A stretch of DNA of 64,000 nucleotides from an uncultured delta proteobacterium (lineage in GTDB: Bacteria > Desulfobacterota > Binatia > Binatales > Binataceae), in assembly GCA_963788205.1 (NCBI GenBank), contig CAWBGG010000002.1, positions 449,988 through 513,987 on the forward strand. The letters are read 5' to 3'. The notes under the pieces were generated by a model. That model had not been told where the DNA came from. It searched no databases and was given only the letters and a program-made list of their open reading frames with translations. Shown here in pieces: positions 37,117 to 48,369 of the stretch (its first letter is position 1; every line of letters begins with the position of its first letter). Both the position numbers and the translations under genes were made by a program.

Positions 37117-38886
37117 CTAACTGAGCAACTCCGCGTTGGCGGCGAGTTCGGCGGGCGCCATGAACTGCAAATCGTGAAGCTTGCGATACTCCTGCCCCAA
37201 CGCGATCAGCTCGTCGTGGGTGCCTTCCTCCACGATTCGGCCGTGAACTATTACGGCGATACGATCGGCGCGGCGCACGGTGGACAAGCGATGGGCGATC
37301 ACCAGCGTGGTGCGGTTCTCGATCAGATGCTCGAGCGCCTCCTGGACCTGGCGTTCGGCCTCCGAGTCGAGCGACGAAGTGGCTTCATCGAGAATCAGGA
37401 TCGGCGCGTTCTTGAGCAGCGCGCGCGCGATCGCGATCCGCTGGCGCTCGCCGCCCGACATCCGCACGCCGAGCTCGCCGACCACCGTGTCATAGCCCTC
37501 CGGCAGCCGCGAAATAAAGTCGTGCGCGTTGGCCAGCTTCGCCGCGGCGACGATCTGGTCGAGCCCCTTCTCGATGCTGCCGTAGGCGATATTGGCGCGG
37601 ACCGTGTCGTTGAAGAGGAACGTATGCTGCGTCACCAGGCCCACGCTTGCGCGCAGCGAGGCGAGCGTGAAGCGCCGGATATCGATGGCATCAATCGTGA
37701 TGCGCCCTTCGTTCACGTCGTAGAAGCGCGGGATTAGATCGGCGAGCGTCGACTTGCCGCCGCCGCTCATCCCGACCAGCGCGACGACCTCGCCCGCGCC
37801 GATCTTGAGATTGATATCGCGCAGCACCGGCGGATTGCTGCCGTAGCGGAAGCTCACCCGCTCGAACTCCACGCTATGCCGCCCCGGCGGCAACTCGATC
37901 GCGCCGGGCGCGTCGGGAACGTCGGTGGGCTCGTCCATCATTTCGAACACGCGCTCGGCCGCGACCAGTCCCTGCTGGACCTTGTTGTTGGTACTGCTCA
38001 GGCTCTTGAACGGCCGGTATACGATCAGCATCGCCGCGATGAACGCACCGAAGGTGCCGAGGCTGCGCGTGCCGGCCGCGACCGAGGAGGCGCCGAGCCA
38101 CAAGATGCCGACCGTCGCCGCGGCGCCGAGCACTTCGATCATCGGGCTGGTAAGCGCTTTAATCCGCGCAACGCGCATCCCGATTCGGAACAGCCGGCGC
38201 AACTCGGCGTTGAAGCGACGCCGCTCGTACTCTTCCATCCCGAAGGCCTTGACCACTCGATTACCCTGGAAAGTTTCCTGGAGCACGACCGTCAGGCCGC
38301 CGATCTGGGTTTGCTGGCGCTTGGTCATCTTGCGCATCTGCTTGGAGAAGCGCACCACCGGCAGCACCGCGACGGGAAACACCACGAACGCGATCAGCGC
38401 CAGTTGCCAATCGAGGTAGAACGCGCCGGCCAGCAGCGCCAGCAGCGTCGCGCCGTCGCCGATGATCGAGAAAATTCCGTCGGTGGTCGCGACCGAGATC
38501 ATGCCGACATCGTTGATCACGCGCGAGAGGATCACTCCGGTGGGAGTGCGATTGAAGAACGACAGCGGCATCCGCTGCAGATGGTCGTTGAGGTCCGCCC
38601 GGATATCGAGCGTGAGCTTGCCGCCTACGTAAGCGGTCAAGTAATCGCACACGAAGTTCATCACCGCCCGCATCACGAACAGCGCCAGCACTTCGAGCGA
38701 GAGCACCTTCAGCGTCGCGAGCTTTGCGCCTTGCATCTCGTTGACGAAGCCCTTGACCAGAAACGGAATTGCGCCGTTGGTCGCACTCAATACCAGCATC
38801 GCGGCGGAAAGCAGCGCGACGTAGGGAAACAGATAGCGCCGCAGGTAGCCGAGCATGCGCCGGTAGAGCGGGGGTACGATCGTCAT
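37117..38886 (-). CDS. msbA: Lipid A export ABC transporter MsbA
   Basis: Six-TM domain plus NBD with Walker A GMSGGGKST, signature LSGGERQR, Walker B ILILDEATS. Confidence 0.9.
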   Translation of the reverse strand: MTIVPPLYRRMLGYLRRYLFPYVALLSAAMLVLSATNGAIPFLVKGFVNEMQGAKLATLKVLSLEVLALFVMRAVMNFVCDYLTAYVGGKLTLDIRADLNDHLQRMPLSFFNRTPTGVILSRVINDVGMISVATTDGIFSIIGDGATLLALLAGAFYLDWQLALIAFVVFPVAVLPVVRFSKQMRKMTKRQQTQIGGLTVVLQETFQGNRVVKAFGMEEYERRRFNAELRRLFRIGMRVARIKALTSPMIEVLGAAATVGILWLGASSVAAGTRSLGTFGAFIAAMLIVYRPFKSLSSTNNKVQQGLVAAERVFEMMDEPTDVPDAPGAIELPPGRHSVEFERVSFRYGSNPPVLRDINLKIGAGEVVALVGMSGGGKSTLADLIPRFYDVNEGRITIDAIDIRRFTLASLRASVGLVTQHTFLFNDTVRANIAYGSIEKGLDQIVAAAKLANAHDFISRLPEGYDTVVGELGVRMSGGERQRIAIARALLKNAPILILDEATSSLDSEAERQVQEALEHLIENRTTLVIAHRLSTVRRADRIAVIVHGRIVEEGTHDELIALGQEYRKLHDLQFMAPAELAANAELLS

Positions 38887-40118
38887 GCGGTTGCTTGCAC
38901 CTTCATCATCTCGAGTGCGATAGCGGCCACCCGCGCCGCGGCGCCCGGCGCGCCAAGCTGCTCGCGCAGCGCGCGCAACTGGGCGACCGTTTCGGCGCGG
39001 ATACGCCCGCTCAGCAGCGGTTCCGCCGCCCGCACCAGGTTTTGTTCGGTGACTTGCCGCTGCATCAGCTCGGGCACGATCGACCGGCCCGCCAGGATAT
39101 TCGGCATCCCGATGTAATCGACTCCGCTGACCAGCATCCGCCCCAGCGCCCAGGTGAGTCGCGCCGCCTTGTAGGCTATCACCATCGGACAGCCGAGCAA
39201 GGCGGTCTCCAGCGTCGCAGTGCCCGAGGCCACCAGCGCGGCTTCGCTGGCCGCAACGATACTATATGTGTCGCCCTCGATTATACGGATACCGTCCAGC
39301 GCCGTCCGGCCCTCGCGTTCGAGCTCGGCCGGGGTGAGCGTCGGCGCCAGCGCGATCACCGGCACGAGATTGTGATCGCCGCACAGCACCCGCGCCGCAG
39401 CGACCATCGGTCGCAGCAGATAGCGGATTTCGGCGCGGCGGCTGCCGGGCAGAATCGCGAGCAGGCGGGAGTCGGGCGTCAAGCCGTGACGGGTCAGGGT
39501 CTCGGCGCGCGGGCGCGCCGCGGTCACGCGATCGAGCAGGGGATGGCCCACGAAGGCGACCCGCTCGCCGGCGCGGGCGAACAGATGCTGCTCGAACGGG
39601 AGCACCACCGCCAGCCGGTCGGCGCGCTCGATCAGTTTGGAGATCCGGCCCCGCCGCCACGCCCAGACCTGCGGCGTGATGTAGTACAAAACCGGCACGC
39701 CGGCCCGCTTCGCCATCCCGGCCAGCACCATGTTGAACTCGGCGAAATCGATCAGGATCAGCAGGTCGGGGGCGTCCTCGCTGCACAGGATCGCGCGCAG
39801 CGCGAACAGCTTGCGGATAGTCGCGGTGATCGTCGTGGCCAGTTCGGCGATACCCATCCCATGGATGTCCTCGGTCCGAAAGAGCGCCTGCACGCCCGCC
39901 GCGCGCATCCTGGATCCCGCAATGCCGAAGATTTCAGCCGCCGGCGCACGCGCCAGAATCTGCGCTGCAAGGTCGGACCCGTGCAGGTCGCCCGAAGCCT
40001 CGCCCGCGACAATCATGATCCGCCGCCGCGCCACGGCCTCGGCCGCAGGCGCAGCCTGCTCGTGTCCCACCGCTCGCACAATCTTCCAATTCTGATTGAA
40101 AATCCCGCCCCGCACCAC
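38883..40118 (-). CDS. lpxB: Lipid-A-disaccharide synthase
   Basis: GEASGDLHGSDL N-terminus and YITPQVWAWR motif. Confidence 0.85.
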   Translation of the reverse strand: MVRGGIFNQNWKIVRAVGHEQAAPAAEAVARRRIMIVAGEASGDLHGSDLAAQILARAPAAEIFGIAGSRMRAAGVQALFRTEDIHGMGIAELATTITATIRKLFALRAILCSEDAPDLLILIDFAEFNMVLAGMAKRAGVPVLYYITPQVWAWRRGRISKLIERADRLAVVLPFEQHLFARAGERVAFVGHPLLDRVTAARPRAETLTRHGLTPDSRLLAILPGSRRAEIRYLLRPMVAAARVLCGDHNLVPVIALAPTLTPAELEREGRTALDGIRIIEGDTYSIVAASEAALVASGTATLETALLGCPMVIAYKAARLTWALGRMLVSGVDYIGMPNILAGRSIVPELMQRQVTEQNLVRAAEPLLSGRIRAETVAQLRALREQLGAPGAAARVAAIALEMMKVQATA

Positions 40119-40198
40119 CGGGGGGATGCGGCCGGGTACTGGCTTAATTCGCGGCTGAGTGTCTGAATTTCAGGAAGCGAGTGGCTTACTTTGCGACG

Positions 40199-40471
40199 CT
40201 AACGGCTGGGAAACGGGTCATCATCAATAACGATATCTAGAATGATTGCTGCAAGCCCCGCAATCCCTGCGAGCAAAAAATACCACGCATGCGCTACGAC
40301 GGTCCAATAATCCCATGGCCCCTCGACGAGACACCAAGGGAAGTCGAGGCTACTTCCACGAAGCACACTGATCGAGCAGAACAACCACAAGAGAGAAGCG
40401 GTCACAAACACAAGATAATCCGGTGAATGTTGCACCCTCTCCCGCCAATCCGATATGGGCCTTAGCCGCAT
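40199..40471 (-). CDS. Small membrane protein (90 aa, 2 TM) in a lower-GC islet
   Basis: Hydrophobic segments; AT-richer composition. Confidence 0.4.
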   Translation of the reverse strand: MRLRPISDWRERVQHSPDYLVFVTASLLWLFCSISVLRGSSLDFPWCLVEGPWDYWTVVAHAWYFLLAGIAGLAAIILDIVIDDDPFPSR

Positions 40472-40656
40472 GGTCTCAAATATCCACCAAGCTTTCGCGT
40501 AGTGTCAAACGCCGGATACTGTCTAAGTTAAGAAACCGCGCTCCGCAAATTAAGACACTCGCGTCGGCGGATGGCGACGAACCGCCATTAATTCGCCGGC
40601 GCCCAGCGGGCTTCATCGCGTGGTCGCTGACGTTGATACCCGTTATTGTGAGCGGC

Positions 40657-41463
40657 CTAGTTAGCGTCGTTCCCGACCGGGGCCATCATGAATATCTGAT
40701 TACCCAGATGAAAGAATGCGAAGTTCGTGTATCGCCAAGCGCCAAGTGTACGGTAGGTAACGGTGCCATAAATGAACAGACGCCCATCGTGGGCCTCTAT
40801 TTCGTCGAAATGTTCCTGCGTAAGGGGCTTCGAGGCGACTACCGGATTCCCATAATCAATTTGCGGCGTGATGGTCATCTCTCGCGACTTGAGGCCGCGC
40901 AGTTTCGGCAACGTGTAGTCATCCGACATAGGATAGACCGCGAAACTGATCTGGCTTTGATGCTGCAAGCGATAGGCTGGGGTCTTGCCAAAATTCTTCA
41001 GAACTATAACTGCACGCGGTTTATCGCCAACCGCAATTCCTGCTGCGTTTTCGCATTTTACCATAATGTAAGCACGCTCAGAGGCTCTAGAGATAATAAG
41101 GGTGCTTCGCAAAACCCACGCTTGAATGAAGCCGACTATCACGAGAGCGGCGGTGAAGTAGTCCAAGGTCGTGTCGGGCTCCGTGACAAATTTTATGGCG
41201 TGATTTGTCTGGTATGTGGTCTTGGTCTCTTGGGGCTCGGCTGTAATCTTTGGCTGGATCGGGAGCGGCGATTCAGCGTTTTTTGCGTGAATGTCTGCGG
41301 GGCGGGTTTCGTGCAAATGGCTATATGCATCCTGAATCATGGCTGGGGTTGGACTTTGGAGCGACTCGCTCTTTTGGGCATCGGGCGATAGCGCGCCAGC
41401 ATTTCTTGCGGCGCTTAGAGCCAATACCAACGCAATCGGGATCAAGAAACGCGCACGTCTCAT
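40657..41463 (-). CDS. Secreted/membrane protein of unknown function (268 aa; signal peptide plus one internal TM)
   Basis: MRRARFLIPIALVLALSAARNAGA signal peptide; TM helix YFTAALVIVGFIQAWVL; lower GC. Confidence 0.5.
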   Translation of the reverse strand: MRRARFLIPIALVLALSAARNAGALSPDAQKSESLQSPTPAMIQDAYSHLHETRPADIHAKNAESPLPIQPKITAEPQETKTTYQTNHAIKFVTEPDTTLDYFTAALVIVGFIQAWVLRSTLIISRASERAYIMVKCENAAGIAVGDKPRAVIVLKNFGKTPAYRLQHQSQISFAVYPMSDDYTLPKLRGLKSREMTITPQIDYGNPVVASKPLTQEHFDEIEAHDGRLFIYGTVTYRTLGAWRYTNFAFFHLGNQIFMMAPVGNDAN

Positions 41464-41757
41464 CCGGTTTTATGTACATCAAAATCGGCCTTGGCTGTTA
41501 GCGTTTCGGTCGCAGTTTCCCGTTCCCGCCCAATATCACGTGGGGCTTGAACGGCATGTGTCCGGGCCTGAGCGTCGTTGGCTGCGTCGGACGCGGCAAC
41601 GGCGGCACGTCTGACGGCTCCAGAGCGGCGCTCACAAGCTCCGCGACGCTCCAAATGTGGTCGGTCACGCCCAACGCCATCGCAGGCGCGCAGCGTTTCG
41701 TGAGGGGGGCGGCTCTTTGACATTTTCCGCCGACCCTGCTAGCGGTCAGTTGAGAGG

Positions 41758-42270
41758 TGCCCTGAAATCAAGGCACTATTTTCGTCCGCATTTGTCGTCG
41801 CGTTTCTTCTGGTCGGACGCGTCGCTCTCGCGGCCAAGCTCTCGGCTACCTTTTCAGTCACCTCCACCAGCGTTTCGTCCTACGTACCGTGCGGAGACGA
41901 CGCCTTCGATAGCCAATGTGCCAGCGGCATTTGCAATTGCGTGGCGTTCAGCGGCACCGTCTTCGAGCGCCACTATGGAAAAGGGGAGATTGTAGTCAAC
42001 GCGACGGAGGATATTGACGATACCCTCGGTGGCTGTTTGCCGATTTTTGCTTCTGTGCAAGCCAACATCATGAACGGCACTTATATTCAAACCGGCGATG
42101 CGATTATGCTTCAGTGCGGATCCAAGGTGACTGGCGGCTTTAGCATCACCGACCAGAACAGCGGGGTTGGGGCTGTAATAAGCGGCCTCATCTCCGGAAA
42201 AGCCGGTACAAACGCGAGCGGCAATCTCACGCTGCGGGGCTCTTACTCGGGCGACCCACCAGCGCAATAA
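41758..42270 (+). CDS. Secreted Cys-containing protein (~170 aa); GTG start at 41758. The track lists only the 3' part from 41941.
   Basis: In-frame extension carries the signal peptide ...ALFSSAFVVAFLLVGRVALAAK. Confidence 0.45.
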   Translation, partial: CPEIKALFSSAFVVAFLLVGRVALAAKLSATFSVTSTSVSSYVPCGDDAFDSQCASGICNCVAFSGTVFERHYGKGEIVVNATEDIDDTLGGCLPIFASVQANIMNGTYIQTGDAIMLQCGSKVTGGFSITDQNSGVGAVISGLISGKAGTNASGNLTLRGSYSGDPPAQ

Positions 42271-42976
42271 GCGCGGCTTCTTATCCGTCGTCACAGCCTG
42301 CTGAATCCCGCACACAACGGGCCTCCCGAACCCTCGCTGACGACCGGTGTGCTTCGTTGGTTATATGCGCGCTTGGATATTACGCGCTCTGATTTCTGCC
42401 TCACCTTGGATTGGGCACTGCCCGAATTAGGGCAACCGAGGCGGGAAATTAGGACAATCGCATGATTTTCGGGAGGTGGGGCGAGAGCGCTCTCGCCCAC
42501 CTCCTTCGGTTGGACCACTTTGGCAGGAGGAACATGGCCAACGTTGGTAGCATGTCTCGTCGCGATGGCCCTCGGCAATCCCGCTGAAAGCCGGAAATCC
42601 ACAGGCAGTTCAAGGGTGCTGTCCATAAGTCAGCGCTGTAAATCCCATGCAGCCCAGCGCGGCATTATTCGTTCCCTTCCTGCCGCGCCCGACGATCAGT
42701 CTGAACCGCCGCGTGCCGGGCCGGCAGCGGCCCGTCGAACTACGACAATCGTCCCCGAATCAGGACAGCACCTGGCATTGACCGGTCTTTCGCTTTCTCG
42801 GCCTCGCGCTACAGCGCCGGCACGAGGCGCCTGCCGGCTGCTCTCGGCGGTGCTGCAAGCCAAAAAACCGGGCTAAAATTAAGATAGTCTTCACGATCTC
42901 GCTGCGGTATAGATGAGCGCGGCGGTGCCGTGCGGAGCTGCGGCAAAGCCGGACACTGCAACCATGGAGGTGCGCC

Positions 42977-44031
42977 ATGCCCCTTGACGAATCGAAGCTC
43001 AACGAACTCGTTCAGAAGATGGTCGGTGACGTAGGCGCCATGATCGGGGGCGCGCTGGTAATCGTTGGCGACAAGCTCGGGCTTTACAAGGCGCTTGCCG
43101 AGCACGGCGCAATGACCTCCACGGAACTTGCCGGCAAGACCGGAACCGCCGAGCGCTACGTGCGAGAGTGGCTGGCCGCTCAGGCCGCGGCCGGGTATAT
43201 CACGCTGGAGGCAGGCACCGCGCGTTACTCGCTGACGCCCGAGCAGCGGATGGTGTTCGCGGACGAGGGCGGGCCGGCGTTTTTCCCCGGAGCTTTCGAA
43301 GTCGCAAGTTCCGCTTTCCTCGACGAGCCCAAGGTCAGCGCGGCGTTCAAAAGCGGAGCCGGAATTGGATGGCATGAGCGAAACGCCTGCCTGTTCCGCG
43401 GCACCGAGCGCTTCTTCCGTCCCGGATACGCCGCCCGTCTGGTCCAGAATGGATCCCCGCCCTCGAGGGCGTGAAGGACAAGCTGGAGCGCGGCGCGCGG
43501 GTTGCGGACGTGGGATGCGGTCACGGCGCCTCGACGATTCTGATGGCCCAGGCGTTTCCCAAATCGTCCCTCAGCGGGTTCGACTATCACGGGCCGTCGA
43601 TCGAGCGTGCCCGTGAAGCGGCGCGCGAGGCGGGCGTTGGCGAACGCGTGAGCTTCCAGCAGGCGAGGGCCAAGGACTATCCGGGGCGTTACGATCTGGT
43701 CGCATTCTTTGACTGCCTGCACGACATGGGCGATCCGGTCGGAGCTTCCGCCCACGTGCTCGAAACGCTGGATCGCGATGGGACCTGGATGATCGTCGAG
43801 CCGTTCGCAGGCGATCGCGTCGAGGACAACCTTAATCCGGTGGGCCGGATCTTCTACGCTGCGTCGACGATGATCTGTACGCCCGCATCGCTGGCACAGG
43901 AGGTGGGCCTTGCGCTCGGCACGCAGGCGGGGGAAGCGCGGCTTCGCGAGGTCGTCACGGCGGGGGGATTCCGCCGCTTCCGGCGCGCCACCCAAACGCC
44001 ATTCAACCTGATTCTGGAAGCGAGACCGTAA
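42977..44031 (+). CDS. Class I SAM-dependent (O-)methyltransferase with an N-terminal dimerisation/wHTH domain; frame break near 43440-43450
   Basis: Track ORFs 42977-43474 and 43471-44031 join as ...YAARLV|PEWIPALEGVKDKLERGARVADVGCGHG. Confidence 0.65.
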
Positions 44032-44264
44032 AAGCTGTGGGTCGATTCAGGCGACTTTGGCCGCGACCGTAATCCTGACCGTGATCTTGGATTGATGGCG
44101 TGCGCCGCCGCCTGCTCCTGGACCTCAACCCGGATCGTTTCGTTCCATTATACCGATGCCGAGCGATCCGTCGATCCCGGCGAAAGGGAACTGAGCCGAC
44201 TTTGAAAGGGGCCGGCCAAAAGCTCGGCCTTTCGTTTCTCTCGGCCTCGCGCTACAACGCCGGC

Positions 44265-44609
44265 ATGAAGCTCCGCCATGCCGGCGCGCTGGTGACCGCG
44301 GGTTGGTATTTGCTGCTCGCGCCGTATCGCGGCGGCGTGCTTAACCACCCCGTCGCGTCCAAATCGCCGTCGGGCCTGTACGATTTCAGCGCGCCGCTGT
44401 CGAGCTGGACCAGGCAGGGAAGTTTCAATTCGCAGCCCGACTGCGAACGCGAAAAAGATTCGCTCTATCGCCAGCAATTGGACGAGCACCAGCGGGCCAA
44501 GTCGGGAACCTCGCCGCTCCTTGAGAAGCGGACTGCGTTCAATCAGATGACTCGCTTCTATCGTGCCCATTGCATCGCGACCGACGATCCGCGCCTCAAG
44601 GGAAAATAG
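44265..44609 (+). CDS. Small secreted protein (114 aa)
   Basis: Signal peptide MKLRHAGALVTAGWYLLLAP. Confidence 0.4.
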   Translation: MKLRHAGALVTAGWYLLLAPYRGGVLNHPVASKSPSGLYDFSAPLSSWTRQGSFNSQPDCEREKDSLYRQQLDEHQRAKSGTSPLLEKRTAFNQMTRFYRAHCIATDDPRLKGK

Positions 44610-44777
44610 GACACCCGGCCCGTCAAATTCGGTCAAGTCTATTGACGTGAAAAGATTGCGTTGCGGCGCTGGCAGTGAAACCCGAGGCTACACGCCCCGC
44701 ACAGTCCGCCTGCCAAAGTACGTCTAAACCTCTTTACCCCGGACAGAATTTTCGCGATGCACAACCGAGATCTCGGT

Positions 44778-45456
44778 TTACGGCCACCCTTGGGCTAAGG
44801 TTTCGATGATCTCCTTTGAGAATGCAGTCCAGCCGATGATGCCCCCCTGAGACGCAACCTGCTCGAGCACTGAGTCTCTGTAGGGCGGGAAGTAGCTTCC
44901 CGTGCCATCCGCCACTAACAGGCAGTCGTAACCCCGGTCGTTAGCAGCGCGCATAGTGGTCTGCACGCACACCTCGGTCGTGCACCCCGTGATGATCAGG
45001 TTGGTGATGCCCCGGCGGTGGAGATAGTCATTCAACGGGGTGGCGTAGAAGGCGTCCTTGCCTGGTTTGGCGATCACCAGCTCGCCGGGCAACGGCATGC
45101 ACTGGTCGATGAATCCCGAGCTCTTTGACCCGTCGATAAGAAGCCGCCCCATCGGCCCTTCCATTCCGATCTTCCATGGCGGGTTCCCGCGCTCACGCTT
45201 CGTAGCGGGACAATCGGAAAGGTCCGGCTGGTGGCACTCCTTCGTATGGATAAGGGGAAGCTGTGCCTTATCTGAAGGCGGCTTGCAATGCGGCAATGAC
45301 AGGAATGCAACCCTTGTGGAGTTGACTGATATCGAGTTTCAGCAGATCGGCGTAGCCGCCTTTTTCGCAGAAGTCGCGCTGCATGTCGATGCAGATCAGC
45401 GCGATATGATCCCTATCGAAAGTGTATGGGAACGGCTTCGCCTTCATGATCGGCAT
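44778..45456 (-). CDS. Isochorismatase-family hydrolase; frame break near 45275-45290
   Basis: N-terminal HIALICIDMQRDFC (45268-45456 ORF) continues as LPLIHTKE...ITGCTTEVCVQTTMRAANDRGYD in the 44778-45296 ORF. Confidence 0.65.
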
Positions 45457-45703
45457 TTGGATCTCTCCTTGCGTCGCTTGGGCGGGATTTTCTATGTGGA
45501 CCCCTTTCAGCGCTCGTCATAGTCGCACCGACACCAGGCGGTTTGCAAACGGAAAATAGGACGCCCGACCCGTCAAATTGGAAATTAGGCCGCGGAGGGA
45601 AAGCGGCCTAAAGCTTGCGCAGGGAGGCTGTCGTGTCTATAAGAGGAGCCGCAATCGGGGACTCAAAACGGGAATTCCGGCGAAATCATCTCTAAACCTG
45701 GGC

Positions 45704-47080
45704 GTGCAGTCTGGGCACCCTAAACTTGCAGGCACAGTGTCGCTCGTCGTTAGCCTCCTGCTGTTTGGGACGGCCCTGGCAGGCTCGAGCGCTTCGGACG
45801 CTCCTGATAAAGCCGCGCAAGGCAAACTGACCGTCGCGCCGAGATCGCTCGCCTTCCCCGTAACCCAAGTGGGCACGTCCAGCCAAATGTCGGCGAGTCT
45901 CAGCAATGCCAGCGCGGTCGCAATCGACATAACCAAAATCACCGCCGCCCCCACCGGAGCCGGATTCTCGGCCGCCCAAACTTGCTTGGGTACTCTGGCC
46001 AGCGGCGATGCTTGCGACGTCGCGGTGACTTTCAGCCCCACCGCTGCCAAGGGGGCCAAGGTTACCGGCACGCTGACAATCAAGGATAACGCGTCGAACA
46101 GCCCTCAGACTGTACGCCTTTCCGGGACGAAGTTGGAACCTTTCACGGCTCTCACCGCCAGGATGAGAACCGCTCGTGCCGGTCACACGGCGACGCTTCT
46201 CCCTGACGGCCAGGTCCTCTTGACCGGTGGGTTCGATAATATCTTCGGCGCTGCTCTCAACACCGCGGAGCTGTACGACCCCACGGCCAATACCTTCACG
46301 GCCCTCAGCGCAAGGATGAGGGCCGCGCGTAATTTCCACACGGCGACCCTGCTCCTCAGCGGCCAGGTCCTCATTACTGGCGGGTCGCCTGATCCCAACG
46401 GCAACGGTCTCCGGACTGCGGAGTTCTACGACCCCGAGACCCAGACCTTCACCGCCCTCACCGCCAAATTGACGACTGGTCGTGGTGGTCACACGGCGAC
46501 CCTGCTCGCCGACGGCCAAGTCCTCTTGACCGGAGGGTTTGATAACGACGGCTCTCTCAACAGCGCAGAGTTGTACGACCCCGAGGCCAACACCTTCACG
46601 GCCCTCAGCGCCACGATGACGACTGCTCGTGAGGACCACACAGCGACCCTGCTCCCCAACGGCCTGGTCCTCCTGACCGGGGGCGCGGACCGTGTCCACA
46701 AGCAAAACACTATACTCAAAAGTGCAGAAGTGTATGACCCCGTTGAACAGACCTTCACGGCCCTGACTGCCAGGATGACAACAGCTCGTGACGGCCACAC
46801 CGCGACCCTACTCCCCAGCGGCCAGGTCCTCTTGACCGGCGGGGGGCGAGTAGTCTCCCCGAGCGCCCTCACCGTTCTCAACACTGCGGAATTGTACGAC
46901 CCCGAGGCGCAGGCCTTCACGGCCCTGACCGCCACGATGACAACTCCTCGCGTTTTGCACGCGGCGACCCTGCTCCCGAACGGCCAGGTCCTCTTGACCG
47001 GCGGGGGGTATGGCCCCGCCGAGACCTCCTTCACCGTTCTCAACACCGCAGAGTTGTACGATCCGTCGGCAGGCGAATAA
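45704..47080 (+). CDS. Secreted Kelch-repeat beta-propeller protein with an N-terminal Ig-like (ASH-like) domain; GTG start at 45704
   Basis: Signal peptide VSLVVSLLLFGTALAGSSA; six or seven repeats of AELYDP...FTAL...AR..HTATLL.GQVLLTGG. Confidence 0.7.
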   Translation: MQSGHPKLAGTVSLVVSLLLFGTALAGSSASDAPDKAAQGKLTVAPRSLAFPVTQVGTSSQMSASLSNASAVAIDITKITAAPTGAGFSAAQTCLGTLASGDACDVAVTFSPTAAKGAKVTGTLTIKDNASNSPQTVRLSGTKLEPFTALTARMRTARAGHTATLLPDGQVLLTGGFDNIFGAALNTAELYDPTANTFTALSARMRAARNFHTATLLLSGQVLITGGSPDPNGNGLRTAEFYDPETQTFTALTAKLTTGRGGHTATLLADGQVLLTGGFDNDGSLNSAELYDPEANTFTALSATMTTAREDHTATLLPNGLVLLTGGADRVHKQNTILKSAEVYDPVEQTFTALTARMTTARDGHTATLLPSGQVLLTGGGRVVSPSALTVLNTAELYDPEAQAFTALTATMTTPRVLHAATLLPNGQVLLTGGGYGPAETSFTVLNTAELYDPSAGE

Positions 47081-47219
47081 GTCGTTTCAAATCCCGCGAG
47101 AAGCTAGGGGCCTGAACAATTTCAATCAACGGGCTCGACCAAAACCGGGCTTGCCGAGGGAGGCCGTTCGGTCTACAACAGCGCCTTAGATTCGGAAGCA
47201 TCTGGTCATCGCCGGGAGC

Positions 47220-48369
47220 ATGTCGGAGTTGGGACGCGCGGAGCAGGCGGAGCGTTTTTATCTTCCCGAGCTGGACGTCATCCGATGTTTCGCATTCCTG
47301 AGCGTTTTCGTCTTTCATCTTTCCCGGTCGTTCCCGCGATCACCAGCCGCTCCCGAGAGTCCGGCCACAGCCGCATACTTTCTTGCGGGATCGTTCGGGG
47401 TCGATCTCTTCTTCGTGCTCAGCTCGTACCTGATCACCGAGCTGTTGCTCAGAGAGCGGGCAAGAACCGGAACGATCGACGTGAAGGCTTTCTACGTCCG
47501 GCGAATGCTGAGAATCTGGCCGCTGTATTTCTTCTTTCTGATCTTCGCGCTCGTGCTGTCGATCGTCTTGCCGAGGCTCTTCCCGGTCCGGGCCGTCTAT
47601 TTGGCCGCCTGCTTTCTACTGGTTGGAAACCTCGCGATGGCGGTGCTGGGACCGCCGCTTTCAGTCATCGACCCGCTCTGGAGCATCTCGGTCGAAGAGC
47701 AATTCTACCTGTTCTGGCCGTTGGTCGTGCGGCGTGCATCGAGGCGAGGGTTGGTGCGGGCCGCGATAGGGTTGCTCGCGCTGGCCACGCTGGCGCGAAT
47801 CGTGTCGTGGCGGATGGGCCTTCCCCCCATGGCGAGCTGGTACAACACGCTGACCCGGCTGGACCCAATCGCGATCGGAATCCTGCTCGCGGCCATACCG
47901 CGCGACGTTCCTGGCAAATCTGGGCCGGATGACGCGTGCCGGCCTGTTTGCCGCCGGCGTAGCGAGCTGGCTGCTTACCTGCCGCTTCGGTTTTCCGTGG
48001 GGCGCCTCAACTCTCATCCAGGTTCTGATCAGCTACCCCGCGGGGGTGTTGGGATGTGGCGCTATTCTGATTTCCGCTCTGGGCGTCCGGCAAAGCGGTC
48101 CGGCCATCCTGTTGAACCGGCCGATGATGTATATGGGCAAGATTTCTTACGGCCTGTATGTCTATCACCCGTTTGCGATCGCAATCGGCAGGTTGCTGGG
48201 CCTGATTTGTTTCCACCGGGGCTGGGATCAGCTCTCATTGGAGCTTCTATACTTCGCGGTGAGCATCGCGCTGACGCTCGGCCTCGCCGCGGCTTCGTAT
48301 CGATGGCTGGAGACGCCGTTCCTGAGGCTCAAACGCCGCTTCACGCGTGTGCCCTCGCGGCTGGTCTAG
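47220..48369 (+). CDS. Acyltransferase family 3 (OafA-like) membrane protein; frame break near 47895-47905
   Basis: N-terminal half in the 47220 frame; C-terminal half (KISYGLYVYHPF) in the 47929 frame. Confidence 0.7.

Noticed and set aside
40423-41391. 322-aa + strand ORF in the lower-GC islet
   Set aside because: Overlaps the minus-strand gene 40657-41463, which has a convincing signal peptide and TM helix; the + strand product has no such features.
45692-46798. 368-aa minus-strand ORF
   Set aside because: Antisense to the Kelch-repeat gene; it mirrors that gene's internal periodicity.
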